From the NCBI GenBank assembly GCA_046563655.1, contig CM102283.1:5022001-5086000 (forward strand): DNA of 64,000 bases, in the 5' to 3' direction. Numbering within the stretch: position 1 is the stretch's first letter; each line of letters starts with the position of its first letter. Source of the stretch: Yuukianura sp. NJ FZ-2021. Taxonomy: Eukaryota. Below the pieces are notes generated by a model. The model did no database searches, was not told the origin of the DNA, and was given only the letters and a program-made list of their open reading frames with translations. Shown piece after piece: positions 9,912-20,854 of the stretch. The position numbers and the translations under genes were made by a program.

Positions 9912-12900
9912 TTAACTATACTTAATTGTAATTTGACAAAATGTTGCACATGAATATGTGGAGCGCTTTGTAAGTTTCAAGAAGGTGGGGAGAAGATGCA
10001 ATATTTTCCAGTTGTTTTTCAAAGTTCGTGGCGGGGTGTAATGTATCAAGATGTTTGGCGAACGTTTTTCTGGGTTCGTTTTGTTGCGGGCAGATAACCA
10101 TCGCGTGACGTAAGGAGAGTGTTTCACCACAGTATTTGCAGGGTAGATCGACAAAATCCCCCAGGTTGACCCAGGTCCTTCGATTTAAGACGTTGTTGCG
10201 TTGTAGACGGATTTGGGCGATTCGCGTAATGGCGTAGCTGGGAAAGTTGGCCTTGAAGTAGAATTTTTCAGTGAAGTCCGAGCCAAGAAGGGACTAGTAG
10301 TTTGTCATTGTGTAGGATCGTTCCACTGACGCCATGTCGGCTTTGCCTAGTTTCTCCCTGAGTTGATACAAAAAATTGTTATAAGATCTTATTGCTAAAT
10401 TATAATTATTTGCTTGCCAAATACTGCTCAGTCCTAGCGACTTGAAGATCTCACTCATCTGGGCACACCAGTTCCATTCGTTTGTTGAAATGGGGGACGC
10501 TGTCGCCTTAATCAACTCATGGTACGCTTCTTTTATTAGGGATCCTTCTTGCGCCCGAAGTATTCTTGTCCAGAACAAGTACCCTAACTTAGCCACCGTA
10601 AGTGAGACGTGATGAATTCCTGTTTCGAGTCTAACGAAGTATTTTGGCGTGTTACGTGGAAGGCCAATTAGTTTCTTTAAGAACCTCTGTTGTGTGGACT
10701 CTAATTGTTCGGCGTGGGTCAGCCCCCATATTCCTGCGGCGTACAGTGTGTTCGGTAGTAGTATGGAAGAGAGAAGCGACTTGGATGAGCTCAGGGAGAA
10801 GATTCTAGGAAACTTTAGAACTGCAATGACGGAGGCTCCTGCCGAGTGTCCTTTTGTCACTGCTAGTCCAGCATGCGTCTGGAATTTCCCGTTCGAAGTG
10901 AAAGTAATTCCCAAGTATGTGTATTGTTTCACTATTTTTAGTGCCGTCCTTCTCCAAGTGAACTTGTCAGTCTTGCAAGAGCGACCTGATTTACTGAATA
11001 TTACTACTTGCGTTTTGGATAAGTTGACTTCTAGTGCGCGAGATTGGAAAAAGTTGGATGCCAGAGTAATCTTTTCTTGGAGTGCACGCGCAGAAGGGGC
11101 TATGATGGCGAGGTCATCTGCGTAGAGCAAGTGGTGTATAGTTGTGTTTGAGAGGTTGACACCGGCGATGAACGTTCGTTCGTATATTTTAGAGAGCCCT
11201 TCCATGAAAATATTGAAAAGTGCCGGACTAGCTGACTCGCCTTGTAGTACTCCCCTCGCTATGTTGATTTTTTCGGTCTGCCCATCGTCCGTGAGGATAC
11301 GAGCGGCGGCTTGGTCGTATAGACTTTTAAATACCTTGATAAATTTGTTTGGTACTTTCTCGTTTACCAGGCACCTCCATAGTAAGCCGTGGTTTGGGCT
11401 GTCGAATGCTTGTCTCAAGTCGACGAAGCATACGTAGAGTGTTTTGTTCTTTTTGAATTGCTTCTGAATTAGGGAGTTTAGTACGAAGATGTGGTCGAGG
11501 GTGCTCTTGCCACGTTGAAACCCTGCTTGGAATTTCGAGAGCTTGTTGTTTTTTTTAATCCATGAATTAAATCTGGACACCAGGATCGTCGTGAAAAGTT
11601 TTAGCAGTGTACTGAGTAGGGAGATAGGGCGGTAGTTGCTGGGATCGTCGTGGCATCCTTTCTTGTGAACTGGAATCACGTTGGATTGTGACCATGCGTG
11701 CGGGACGATTCCTGAGTTGTACACGTTTTGGAACAGATTTAGAATTCTTCTAGGGCCGGACCTGACAAAAGCTTCCAGATTTCATTAGGGATGAGATCTG
11801 GACCTGGGGCCTTAGCGTTTTTGAGTCTTTTCAAGGCTAGTTTGAGTTCAAACATGTTGAAGTCCGGATCTAGGATTGGGTCTTTCCCATGTGGGTTGTC
11901 GTATTCGAGGTTGGGTGAAGAAGATTGTTTTTGACACGTGGGATTGTACACCTTCCCGAAGTGGTTTTGCATTCTGTTTGTGTGATACTGGAGTTTGGTT
12001 TTCTTCGGTGCTGGCGGAGTGACTTGACGGCGTTCCAAAACTCTGTCGGTCTGTGAGAGTTGTGCAGGGATTTCTCTTTTACACTGCGTGCTACTTCGGC
12101 TTTCGATTTGCAGAGAGATTTGTATTCGGAATTTATATTGATGTAGTTTTCCAAAGCTTCGCCTTTTTTTCTGCTTTTGTATGGTTCAATTCTTCGGTAG
12201 TGTCTGAGCTGCTTGAGGACTTTGTGCTTCATGCTTTTGCACTCCGCGTCGAACCATTGTGCGAGTGATATGTTTGTGGTTTGCTTTCTGGAGCACTTCA
12301 GTAGCCCAAGGGATTTACAGGTAGTCTTTACGCTGTTGTCGATCGCAGTGGAGAATTGGTTAACGTCGTCCGTGGGTACTATTTTACATATTGCTGAGTT
12401 TAATTGTTTTTTGAGACTGAACAATTGGCTGGGATTTGATGGTGTGATAATTCTTCCGGTCAGATTTCTCTGTAGAGTTTGTTGTCTGGAGATGTTGAGT
12501 TCGGCTATGATCGGGAAGTGAGACGAGTGTGGGAAGTCTAATACTCTGAAGGAGCTGATGAACATAGATGCTGGTAGCGTGTATAGCAGGAGATCGATGA
12601 CGCTGCTGCCGCATTTGTTGCCTGTACGGCTTGTATAGGTTATTTCTCCGTCTAGATCTCCCGCTAATGCCTCATTTCCAATTTGAAAACCGCACTCTTC
12701 CGCTGCTTTGAGCAGTTGTTTTCCTTTGGCGTTTATTCGTGCGTCTTTGCTACACCGTGCTGTCCCTAACTCTGTGTTTAGTTCACCAGTCCATGCGTTG
12801 GCGTCCCCCATTAAAATGATTTTGTCATAGTGTGCCCGATGATGAGTGATCTCTTCAAATAGCGATGTTAACTTTATATGTTTATTGGGGGGAGCAGTCA

Positions 12901-13800
12901 CCTATAATTAGGTGACTGACTCACGCTGAGCATACGCTTATGGTATATTTCAGACCTACCCCTTTAGAAACAGCGTTACTTTTTGTCCTTTATGAGCAAA
13001 TACACATTATGGTAATCTGAATGCTATCACCTTACGGAGGTCGTCCGTATTCCGATAAGCAAATCAGATTGAATGAGTATTTTTGCTTAATGGACTGCTT
13101 CAAGGAGTAGTGATCGGCAACCACCACAAATCCGCGAAGCTCTTACCCGCTGACATTGAAGACCACAGACACCTCTGACTCAAGGTCAGCTCCTTCTGTG
13201 GTCTCAGCAGGCAGTGCTTGCAGATGCGGCACCCCCCAATATACTCCTTTATATAGGGGTGTCCACACAGCAGCCGCTGGAAAGATAGAAGTCCAGCACT
13301 TGCCTCCCTGCTTCGGGACAGGGAGGACCCACGGCCTCGACTTCTTTTTTCTTTCCCGCTGACTGGGTGCGAACCCAGGTCGGCCCGTGGAAAAGCATTG
13401 AAAGCTTAACCACTGAGCCAACTCGCCCCATGTTAACTTAACCGAGTGTGTACTGTCTGGAGATAAATAAAAAAATACTAGTCAGAACGTGATAGTTTGT
13501 GTTGTTAGCCTAACTAAAATATAATATTCCGTATGATTAATTTCTGATACACCTATACCATGCAGTGTTTTTTCCCATCCAAGTACAAGTCCACCTGATG
13601 GTCTTCCACGTTTTGGTCGGTAGCCGGGAACCACTACCAAATTGTAGTTTTCAGCTAGTATTCTGTGGTAAGGAGATTGGCTAGAAGACATAGTCTCCGA
13701 CAGGCAAAAGATTACTGGTTTAATATTTATCAAATTAGTGTAAAAATCGAGACTTTTGTTAACTAAACCTGATACATTGTAGTAAAATAGTGAAACTGGG
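9912..13800 (-). pseudogene. LINE ORF2 (AP endonuclease - reverse transcriptase - C-terminal CCHC), broken by stops, frameshifts and a SINE
   Basis: APE motifs YNVSG, CLSET, GRPSGG, MGDANA, SVIDLL, SSHFP. RT motifs KAPGPD, YRPISLL, FVDLRQAFDS, GVLQGESASPALF, YADDL. C-terminal CKYC...H...CP near 10085-10140. Confidence 0.9.
12875..13429 (-). mobile_element. tRNA-derived SINE (555 bp) inserted in LINE ORF2
   Basis: 10-bp TSD ATGTTAACTT at 12865-12874 and 13430-13439. 5' head GGGGCGAGTTGGCTCAGTGG (A box) ... GGTTCGCACCC (B box). 3' AATAAAC tail. Removing it restores the APE reading ...SVKLT|SLFEE. Confidence 0.9.
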
Positions 13801-13925
13801 ACTGCGTAGCGTAAATGTGGGGAAATTGATTGTCATTGTGATCTATCTGGAGGTATCGGATTTATGTGACGTCCAGAGTTCTCTTCTCGCCTTTTTTAGC
13901 TTCATCTCGAAGTATTTTTGACCTG

Positions 13926-14675
13926 TCACTGTAGACGGCGATAGTGGGGTGTCTGAACTGTCTGGCGGAGGCAAAAACAGTGTCCCCTCTGAGCGAAGTC
14001 CTTGAAGAGTACCGATGTGGGTCTGGGCCTACCGGCGTCTGGGTTAGTTCTCCCCAATTTACGAATTTGTAATGGAGTTATTGATTTCTGGTTCAGTGTA
14101 ACTTGAATGTAATGCAGAACCTGGGCTTCGATAGTGTCTTGAGGACCTTCAGCGATACCTTGGAAAATGAGATTATTCTTCCTGGCTTCCGCAACGGCGT
14201 GAGCTGCGGTAATTTGGAGAGATCCTGTTGCGCTTTGGAGATTTGAGACGTCATTTTTAAGTGCAGAGAGTCGGTCTTCGTTCGTACTGACTCGGGAGTT
14301 CAAGGTATAATTGTCGTGTTGTAGTGCTTCAACGAGAGACGTGAGGTTATGTACATTTGCTTTGACTGACGAAATTTCCGCTTGCACGCTCGCAACAAGT
14401 TCCTTTTGATTGTTTAGAATTTCGGACGTATGGGCCTTCATCTGTGCCTCCATTTGTGTGTTGAGCTTCGTGACGATTAGTTCGACAAATTTTTCGTCGT
14501 ATACTGGCGCGATACGTTGTGATTTGTGCGGAGTGAGTGCGTCAGTGTCTACTAGCGGTCTTTTTCCGCTGCCATCGGGACGTTTCGGGGTTCCCTCGAA
14601 ATTCAATATCGATTGTCGCAATGTGCCTTGTGTGGGCGTTCCAATTTCTTTTCCTGGAGACCTTTCTACCGGCAT
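13926..14675 (-). CDS. LINE ORF1 (coiled coil + RRM-like); 3' end probably frameshifted
   Basis: Heptad-rich segment followed by RKNNLIFQGIAE...RKLGR...RPRP, typical of LINE ORF1. Confidence 0.75.
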   Translation of the reverse strand: MPVERSPGKEIGTPTQGTLRQSILNFEGTPKRPDGSGKRPLVDTDALTPHKSQRIAPVYDEKFVELIVTKLNTQMEAQMKAHTSEILNNQKELVASVQAEISSVKANVHNLTSLVEALQHDNYTLNSRVSTNEDRLSALKNDVSNLQSATGSLQITAAHAVAEARKNNLIFQGIAEGPQDTIEAQVLHYIQVTLNQKSITPLQIRKLGRTNPDAGRPRPTSVLFKDFAQRGHCFCLRQTVQTPHYRRLQ

Positions 14676-16212
14676 TTGTTGGCACTGGCAATGACAAGTG
14701 TTTGCTGAAAATGTAGAGATTTAGTAGTAATCGTTTCCAATCTCTGATTTTAGGATTTTTGTAACTTAACTTTGTTGGTTCTCGAATTGCTTGGACTGGG
14801 ATATAGATATAGGCATGCAATAGCAATACCATATATCCCAAATGTGAGTTAGGTTAATCGGTGAATTCGTCCAGTTTCCGTTGATATGGCACAGATTTGT
14901 GTTGTACGTTCCTCACTGTGAGGTGGTGGAGTAACGTCGGTTGTGATAGATTGTTGTTGATCGCGATTAATTAAGTTAAAGTTTAATTGTACAGGAGCAT
15001 AAGTTCTCTCCTCCCTCCCTCCTTCAGTACTGTCAAATTACTGTAATTGAAGATTAATAGAAACCTACAAAGGGCTGCTCTTACGCAAGGGAGGACACTA
15101 CAGACCTCCCAGGAACCTTACAAGCACTCGAAAAGAAATAAAGAAAGTTACCACGGCAACTTTGTAATTTCACAATTTTTTATGTCACTTGACCCGTGAC
15201 CTCTTCACTCGAACGTCGTCACTGTAAGCACTCACAAACGGTCGCCATCTGTAACGCCCTCCGCGCTACGGAACACTGAAATGGCCGCAGCCACGCCCTC
15301 TCAGACTCCAATCTGAATCCGCAGACTCATGCAGCAGCGACGACGAATGACTCCCTGAAACTCCGACAACAAGATCAGCGAAGATAAATATAAAACATAT
15401 AATTATTGAGCTGATCAATAAAGAATATATACAGAATAAACTGCTCGTGGCAGCACGCACATAACACTAATATGCTCTCAGAGCAAGAACCAAATCCAGA
15501 CTGAGCTCAAAGCTCCACTAACACTAAAACTAACTATCCTCGCGGTCACTCAAATCTCCCTCCTCTAACTCTCCGCGTCTCACTCTAACCTAAACCCTAC
15601 GTGGCGGGAACCGGGGCACTTCAAGTGAAAACGTTAGTTACTGCCAATTACTATCAACCATTGAAGAATTACGCACATTTTAGGTGATACCTACCTTGTC
15701 CATGCTTGGTGACTCCAATGGATCCGTGTGTGTTCAGAGATGATAGTTAAGATTCAAGTACTTAATGATAGTTAAAATAAAGATGTTATATGTTAAAAAC
15801 AATTAAAATTGTTCAAAACAATGTGATCTGTAAAAGATATTTCCAGTAGAATTTTAGCGAGTTTTGATTTTGAAAAACCTGAGACTGTTTTGTAGGGAAA
15901 ATTAAAAGTTAGTTTTATCCCTGTGTCTGGCCAGAGACAAAAACCCAACTTTTATCCCCGCGACAAGAAATTTTGGAGAGGAGACAAGAAATTGGGGGGG
16001 GGGGGAGTCGGGATAACTTTCTGTTTCTTGTCTCCTTATCCCCTGTCTCATCCACTCCCGGCAAAGTGTCTATTATAAACCTAACCACATATGGATCTTC
16101 TCCCATGTGTGGCGATAGCTTCTTAGATATGGTTTGAAAGGCTCGTTTTTGAACACTCAAATCTATTCATTATAAATTCAAAAATACCATATCTTGTAAG
16201 AATATTCCCTTG

Positions 16213-17271
16213 CTAATGAGTAAAGACACCATTTTTGCTACCAATATTTTCTGAACACTTCAACCAAACTACAGCCAATAATTTCACATCATCACATTTG
16301 CACGAACTTTTGACTTTTCCAATTTTTAAATTTTGAGGGAATGAGACCCTGAACAACACAATGCATATAGCACAAGAAACGCTGCGAGCCAGCAATGCCA
16401 GGACAACGATCTTCAATTCAATTTTAAATTCACTTCCAATTTCTTCTTTCTCATCACTTAGTACCGCAGCACTATAACTCTCACTTTTCAAAACTTGAGT
16501 AACGTTGCACTTCAGCACTGCCGGGCTAACGTTCTCCATAATTTTAACTTTCACAATCGACACTTTCCCTAAAAACTCGCTTTTCGAAACTTGAGTAACG
16601 CCGCACTTCAGCACTGCCGGGCGAACGTTCTCCTTAATTTTAACACTCAGAACTAACACTTTTTGTAAAAGCCCACTTTTTGGAGCTTGAGCAACGCTGC
16701 GAGCCTCGCCGATTGTGGCTGGGACAACGTTCTCTGTCTTGGTAACTTTCATACCGAAGACTTTCTGTAGAAGCTCTCTTTTTGGAGCTTGACTCACGCT
16801 GCGAGCCTTGTCACTTGCGACCGGGACAACGTACTCTGGAGCGACGTCGGAAGATTGAGGCCTCGTTCCCAAACATCTCTCCTTAATGAGGACTACTTTC
16901 AACCCCTCATTCTGCGTCAGTATGCCACCCCCCTGGTCATACTCTTCTTCTTTGTTAACACTTCTCACTACACACTCCACTTCTCTTCTCACTTCCTGGA
17001 TCCACACTATATACAAATGATGCCAGTTGCTAAAACGCAACTCATTAGGCACTAACACTAACACTATAACTAACTTCAACTGTACAAAAATTTTTACAAG
17101 AATGAGTGACACACAGCACTCAATGACTACTTCAACCAAAACTTTTGACACAAAACTGGAAACACTCTTCACTTTTCCAAAACTGTTCAAAAACTGAAGA
17201 ATTTCGTCCGCACTTAACTGTACACTATGGAGAATGATGGACGAACTGTCATTCCCCTCTCTTAGTTTAAA
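16213..17271 (-). CDS. ORF2 of element 3 (non-Pol), with ~30-aa repeats
   Basis: -1 frame FKLREGNDSSSIILH... is continuous with ORF 16213..17190. KERCLGTRPQSSDVAPE matches element 1 KERCAGTRAQSSDIAPE. Confidence 0.6.
   Translation of the reverse strand, partial: FKLREGNDSSSIILHSVQLSADEILQFLNSFGKVKSVSSFVSKVLVEVVIECCVSLILVKIFVQLKLVIVLVLVPNELRFSNWHHLYIVWIQEVRREVECVVRSVNKEEEYDQGGGILTQNEGLKVVLIKERCLGTRPQSSDVAPEYVVPVASDKARSVSQAPKRELLQKVFGMKVTKTENVVPATIGEARSVAQAPKSGLLQKVLVLSVKIKENVRPAVLKCGVTQVSKSEFLGKVSIVKVKIMENVSPAVLKCNVTQVLKSESYSAAVLSDEKEEIGSEFKIELKIVVLALLARSVSCAICIVLFRVSFPQNLKIGKVKSSCKCDDVKLLAVVWLKCSENIGSKNGVFTH
17203..17271 (-). promoter_or_regulatory. -1 frameshift signal (element 3)
   Basis: AAT TTA AAC TAA; 7-nt spacer; stem GGGGAATGA/TCATTCTCC; loop TTCGTCC pairs with downstream GGACGAA. 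Confidence 0.82.
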
Positions 17272-17849
17272 TTCTCTTGAACATTGTCATCTTCGGCACA
17301 ATCACTTTCCTCTCCATACCCCTCTAAAACACTTCCAAAATAACTTCCAAGAAAACCTCCACTTCCAAAAATTTTCGTCGAGCGGAAGCCAACGCTGTTG
17401 ACTCCCATCAGTTTTGAATAATTGCCATAATTTTTGTTGATTTCATGTGCCACCATAATGTCACTATTCACTTTTCTTGAATTAGAATTTTTTGATGGCA
17501 CTTGGTCACATTTGACACATTTCTTGTTCACTTGTTCACATTTGTCACGTTTCTTGTTTACTTCAACTTTTGAATCACTGAACTTTTTCACATTACTGAT
17601 AGACACTACTGCCAACTTCTTACTAGTGGCAGACTTTGGAACTTTCGACTTGGTTGGTGCCGAAGTGAGTTGCACGCTTTGCAGGGCCGAAACCAGCTCC
17701 TCTGTCGAAGGTGCACATTCACTTTCACTAGAAGCCACCGCAGCGACTCCATCTCTCACTTCTTGAACTACATCCTGCATGCTCTCCATGACTTTGTGCA
17801 ATACCACATGCACAATTTTTTCTACGTTACCTTTCATGTATACTGCCAT
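17262..17849 (-). CDS. Internally deleted Gag-derived ORF (195 aa) of element 3
   Basis: N-terminus aligns with element 1 Gag (GVAA...ELVSALQSVQLTS...VPK). The capsid core and CCHC are missing. Ends ENLN* on the slippery site. Confidence 0.65.
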   Translation of the reverse strand: MAVYMKGNVEKIVHVVLHKVMESMQDVVQEVRDGVAAVASSESECAPSTEELVSALQSVQLTSAPTKSKVPKSATSKKLAVVSISNVKKFSDSKVEVNKKRDKCEQVNKKCVKCDQVPSKNSNSRKVNSDIMVAHEINKNYGNYSKLMGVNSVGFRSTKIFGSGGFLGSYFGSVLEGYGEESDCAEDDNVQENLN

Positions 17850-20800
17850 GCTTGTCCTTGCTTCCTCTATTCACTGACGCACTACAATGAATGACATGTT
17901 CTACCGCAGCAGAAACTAGATCCGTCTTCGGTACCAAAATGGTACTAATTAATCACTTTTTTATCTCGGAACTTCACAGATTACACTGATTCTTGGTCAT
18001 TCGTGACCTTTGACATGAGCGGAAGCCACTGTTAGTGACTCCCATTTGACACTAAACGATAGCCGCTGAGAGCGACTCTATGAATGTGAATCACATGAAC
18101 AAACACTTTTTTGAGCCACAATTTGTACAATGTTTTACTCACTTTATCCTCTTGACCTTTGGTGACCTCTGAATCACTGGATCTGCACACGAACGGTCGC
18201 CATGTGTAACGCCCTACGACGCTAAACAACTGAAAAACACAACTGGAGCAAACACTGCCGCTCCGCACCAGACTACTCTCTGAGTCCGCAGACTCACAGA
18301 CCCAAATGACCCCAAACAATCACCACTGCTCACAACTACATCGGCGAATAAATATATAAAATATATTTATTCGTCCTAACCTAACCTAACCAATGCAATA
18401 CGTCTGCAAGTATGTTCTATATGTATATTTTAAGTAACAGTGAAAACCTAGGTTAAATCATGCATGTTTTATAATTTTGAATTGTTCGGAGAAAGAACCG
18501 AGTTTAATATTTTATCGTTTAGGCATTCCTCAAAGATTGTGGGATTGGAACAGTTTTCGAAATTGTCTGTGTGTCGATTATTAAAGGAAGATGCATTGCA
18601 AGTTTTCGACAAAGTTCAACTATTTGAAATAGTCATGAGGTTAGAGAATTTGTAATTTTTAGTGAAAATGTTTCTGGATCTGTAAATCTAGGTAAAATTC
18701 AAATGGAAGCTACCTAACAAAAATGTATATTTTAAAGCTGGGCCCATTCGTAGGTAAATCGACAACGGGCATTATCGACACCAAAAAATTTGAGATCTGC
18801 TTAGGAAAAAGTTATCTCATTGATTCGATTTCCGCAAATGACACAAGCGGAGTTCACCATAAAAGTGATCGCTTCCCAAGTTCTTTCAACTGATGGAGTT
18901 GTCGCAGCATCACCTTACTTCAACGTTCCTAAAGATCTAAGGTCGACTCATAAATATTTTTAAATTTCATTTTTTAATTTAATTTAAAACTCATCGGCTA
19001 TTTTTAAATTTTATTCTTTTTAAGATAAATTTAATATAAATTTTATTCACAAATTTTAACCTTCAAACATTTTTATCCGTAGTTCTGACAGATCTTTTCT
19101 ACCACGCGGACTGCTCAACGCAGAAGAACGTTTAAACTCTTGGAGCAGTACAATGGGAAGGAGCGCAAAGTTTCAAAGAAACACGCGACAATATTCACTC
19201 ATGAACTAGTACTTCCGAAAACAACTGCTGTCACTGATTGTTCTTGCGCCCTAAGGTAATAAGTAATTTTGTTATACGCTATTCAGTATTGCTTGATATA
19301 AACCTTTTTTTAGCATTTTGTCTCGGAAATATGCATTGGATAAGTTGGTAACTCCGCATAAAATCCAGTTTCCGAAATTGAAGTTCATCCGGGAGAAACC
19401 AATATTCGAATTTCCCTTAACAAGTTTTTTCTTAACAAGTTATGCCGTATTTCATGTTTCCAAAAACTGATTTTTTTTTATTTTTTGTCTGCAAAATTCA
19501 CCTCACTCTATGAAAAGTTAATGGGATTCGTGCAAAGTTCATACAAAAGTTGTAAGTAAGCGTCCCAAGTTTTGGCCAATTTTAAACATCCGTGCATTGA
19601 CAATTTACAATCTATATTTTTTACTCGATAGGAAATGATCAAAGCCTAGCACAAAAATGAAATTTTTTTTGGCTTTCTTATTTATATAATGAACTTTTTT
19701 TTATTGTTTCTGGTGTCGCTTCATTGACCACAAGATATATTTAAACATATTTAGCGTTTTCACAAAACAAAGACCGCATAAAACCTTCAAAAATAAAGAT
19801 ATGCCAATTCTAAAGCAAACTGAAATACGCTTTATTAAATCTGAAAAAAAACCGCTTCAAGTAAATTTTTTTTTGGCATTTTGACATCCAAGCACGACCT
19901 ATCACATGCGATACATGCTAGACCTTGATAATCGGTTCAATGGCATAATCTATACAGCAAAAGCCACGCTCAATAACAGCTGAAGAAATAAGAGCACCCA
20001 AGTAAAAACCGCCTTTTTTGGAAAACCGCCACTCCAAAAATACTCCGAAAATGTTTTACACTTCGTGTTTAATTTCAAATCTTCCTGCGATGTTCCATTT
20101 CCTTTCATTTCTACCGCTCTTGTGCTCCTCTGTGCACAATGGAATGTTGACTATGAAGAGTTATTTGCAGGAATCTGCTTTCTGATAATCGCCGTCGAAG
20201 TTAGTTGTGCAACCAAAAATAATGCTAAAGATAAAGCTTTGCATGAAATAACCCAATTTAATACTAATACATCTAGACCATTCTAACAGAATTTTATAAA
20301 AAGTTACTTGTTGCCATGTTGCGTATGGCTGTGCTACCTATTCGCTCTTCAAATTGTGGAAAGTTGCGCGTAACTGCAATTTGTCCTTCAAATCCGCTCT
20401 AATTTCTGCATTACTTGAACTTTTAGAAATTTAGAATTTGCAAAACTTTTCAAAGAATCAGTTCCATTTCTGCAAAGAAAGTATAGTTAACAAACATAGT
20501 GCAATATTTGTACTTGGTAAATCAGTTTATGTCATTCCAGCAATAGTGTTGCACATTAAATTATTCTTTGTATACAATTTGTCTTGACAGCCAAAAATAT
20601 TCGAACCAAAAATATGCGTGAAAAATATTAGACGGGTAAGTTTTGAGTGCTTGATTGCTACATAAAAGTAATTTGAATTCATGGAAAGAAAAATCTCAAA
20701 TAATCATAGTTTTATTGAATTATTGTGTTACTCATTACGTAATTTGTTAACTAGTCTTGAAAGATCTTCGCCATTTAGTTATTTCATTAAAACACAAGAA

Positions 20801-20854
20801 AAAATTACATCTAACAAACAAATTTGTTACAGAATATCAAGCGTTGCTTTAATA

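Larger units (their letters stand above)
9736..15129 (-). mobile_element. Full-length APE-RT LINE (decayed) inserted in the 5' UTR of LTR element 2
   Basis: 13-bp TSD GAAAAGAAATAAA at 9723-9735 and 15130-15142; ORF1 and ORF2; AATAAA and a short TCA-rich tail at the 3' end. Confidence 0.92.
6250..15623 (-). mobile_element. Pol-less LTR retroelement, copy 2 (decayed, interrupted by a LINE)
   Basis: 374-bp LTRs at 6250-6623 and 15250-15623 (~6 mismatches). 4-bp TSD AGTG at 6246-6249 and 15624-15627. PBS at 15238-15247. PPT GAGAGGGGAAGG. gag and ORF2 are homologous to element 1. Confidence 0.93.
16213..18372 (-). mobile_element. Pol-less LTR retroelement, copy 3 (partial 5' LTR, no 3' LTR)
   Basis: LTR remnant from 18205 (TGTAACGCCC...) similar to the other LTRs; PBS at 18193-18202; 5' UTR motif CTTGGTCATTCGTGACCTTTGACA shared with element 1; gag remnant and ORF2. 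Confidence 0.85.

Noticed and set aside
10649-12521. Plus-strand ORFs over the LINE, and similar antisense ORFs over gag, anillin and the CRE ORF
   Set aside because: Shadow frames of real coding sequence with no independent motifs
13355-13429. tRNA gene
   Set aside because: A and B boxes are present, but I could not build a clean cloverleaf, and it is the head of a TSD-flanked 555-bp SINE
18376-18392. Telomere or chromosome-healing site (CCTAA)n
   Set aside because: Only ~3 units; similar TTAGG doublets are scattered through the window within repeats
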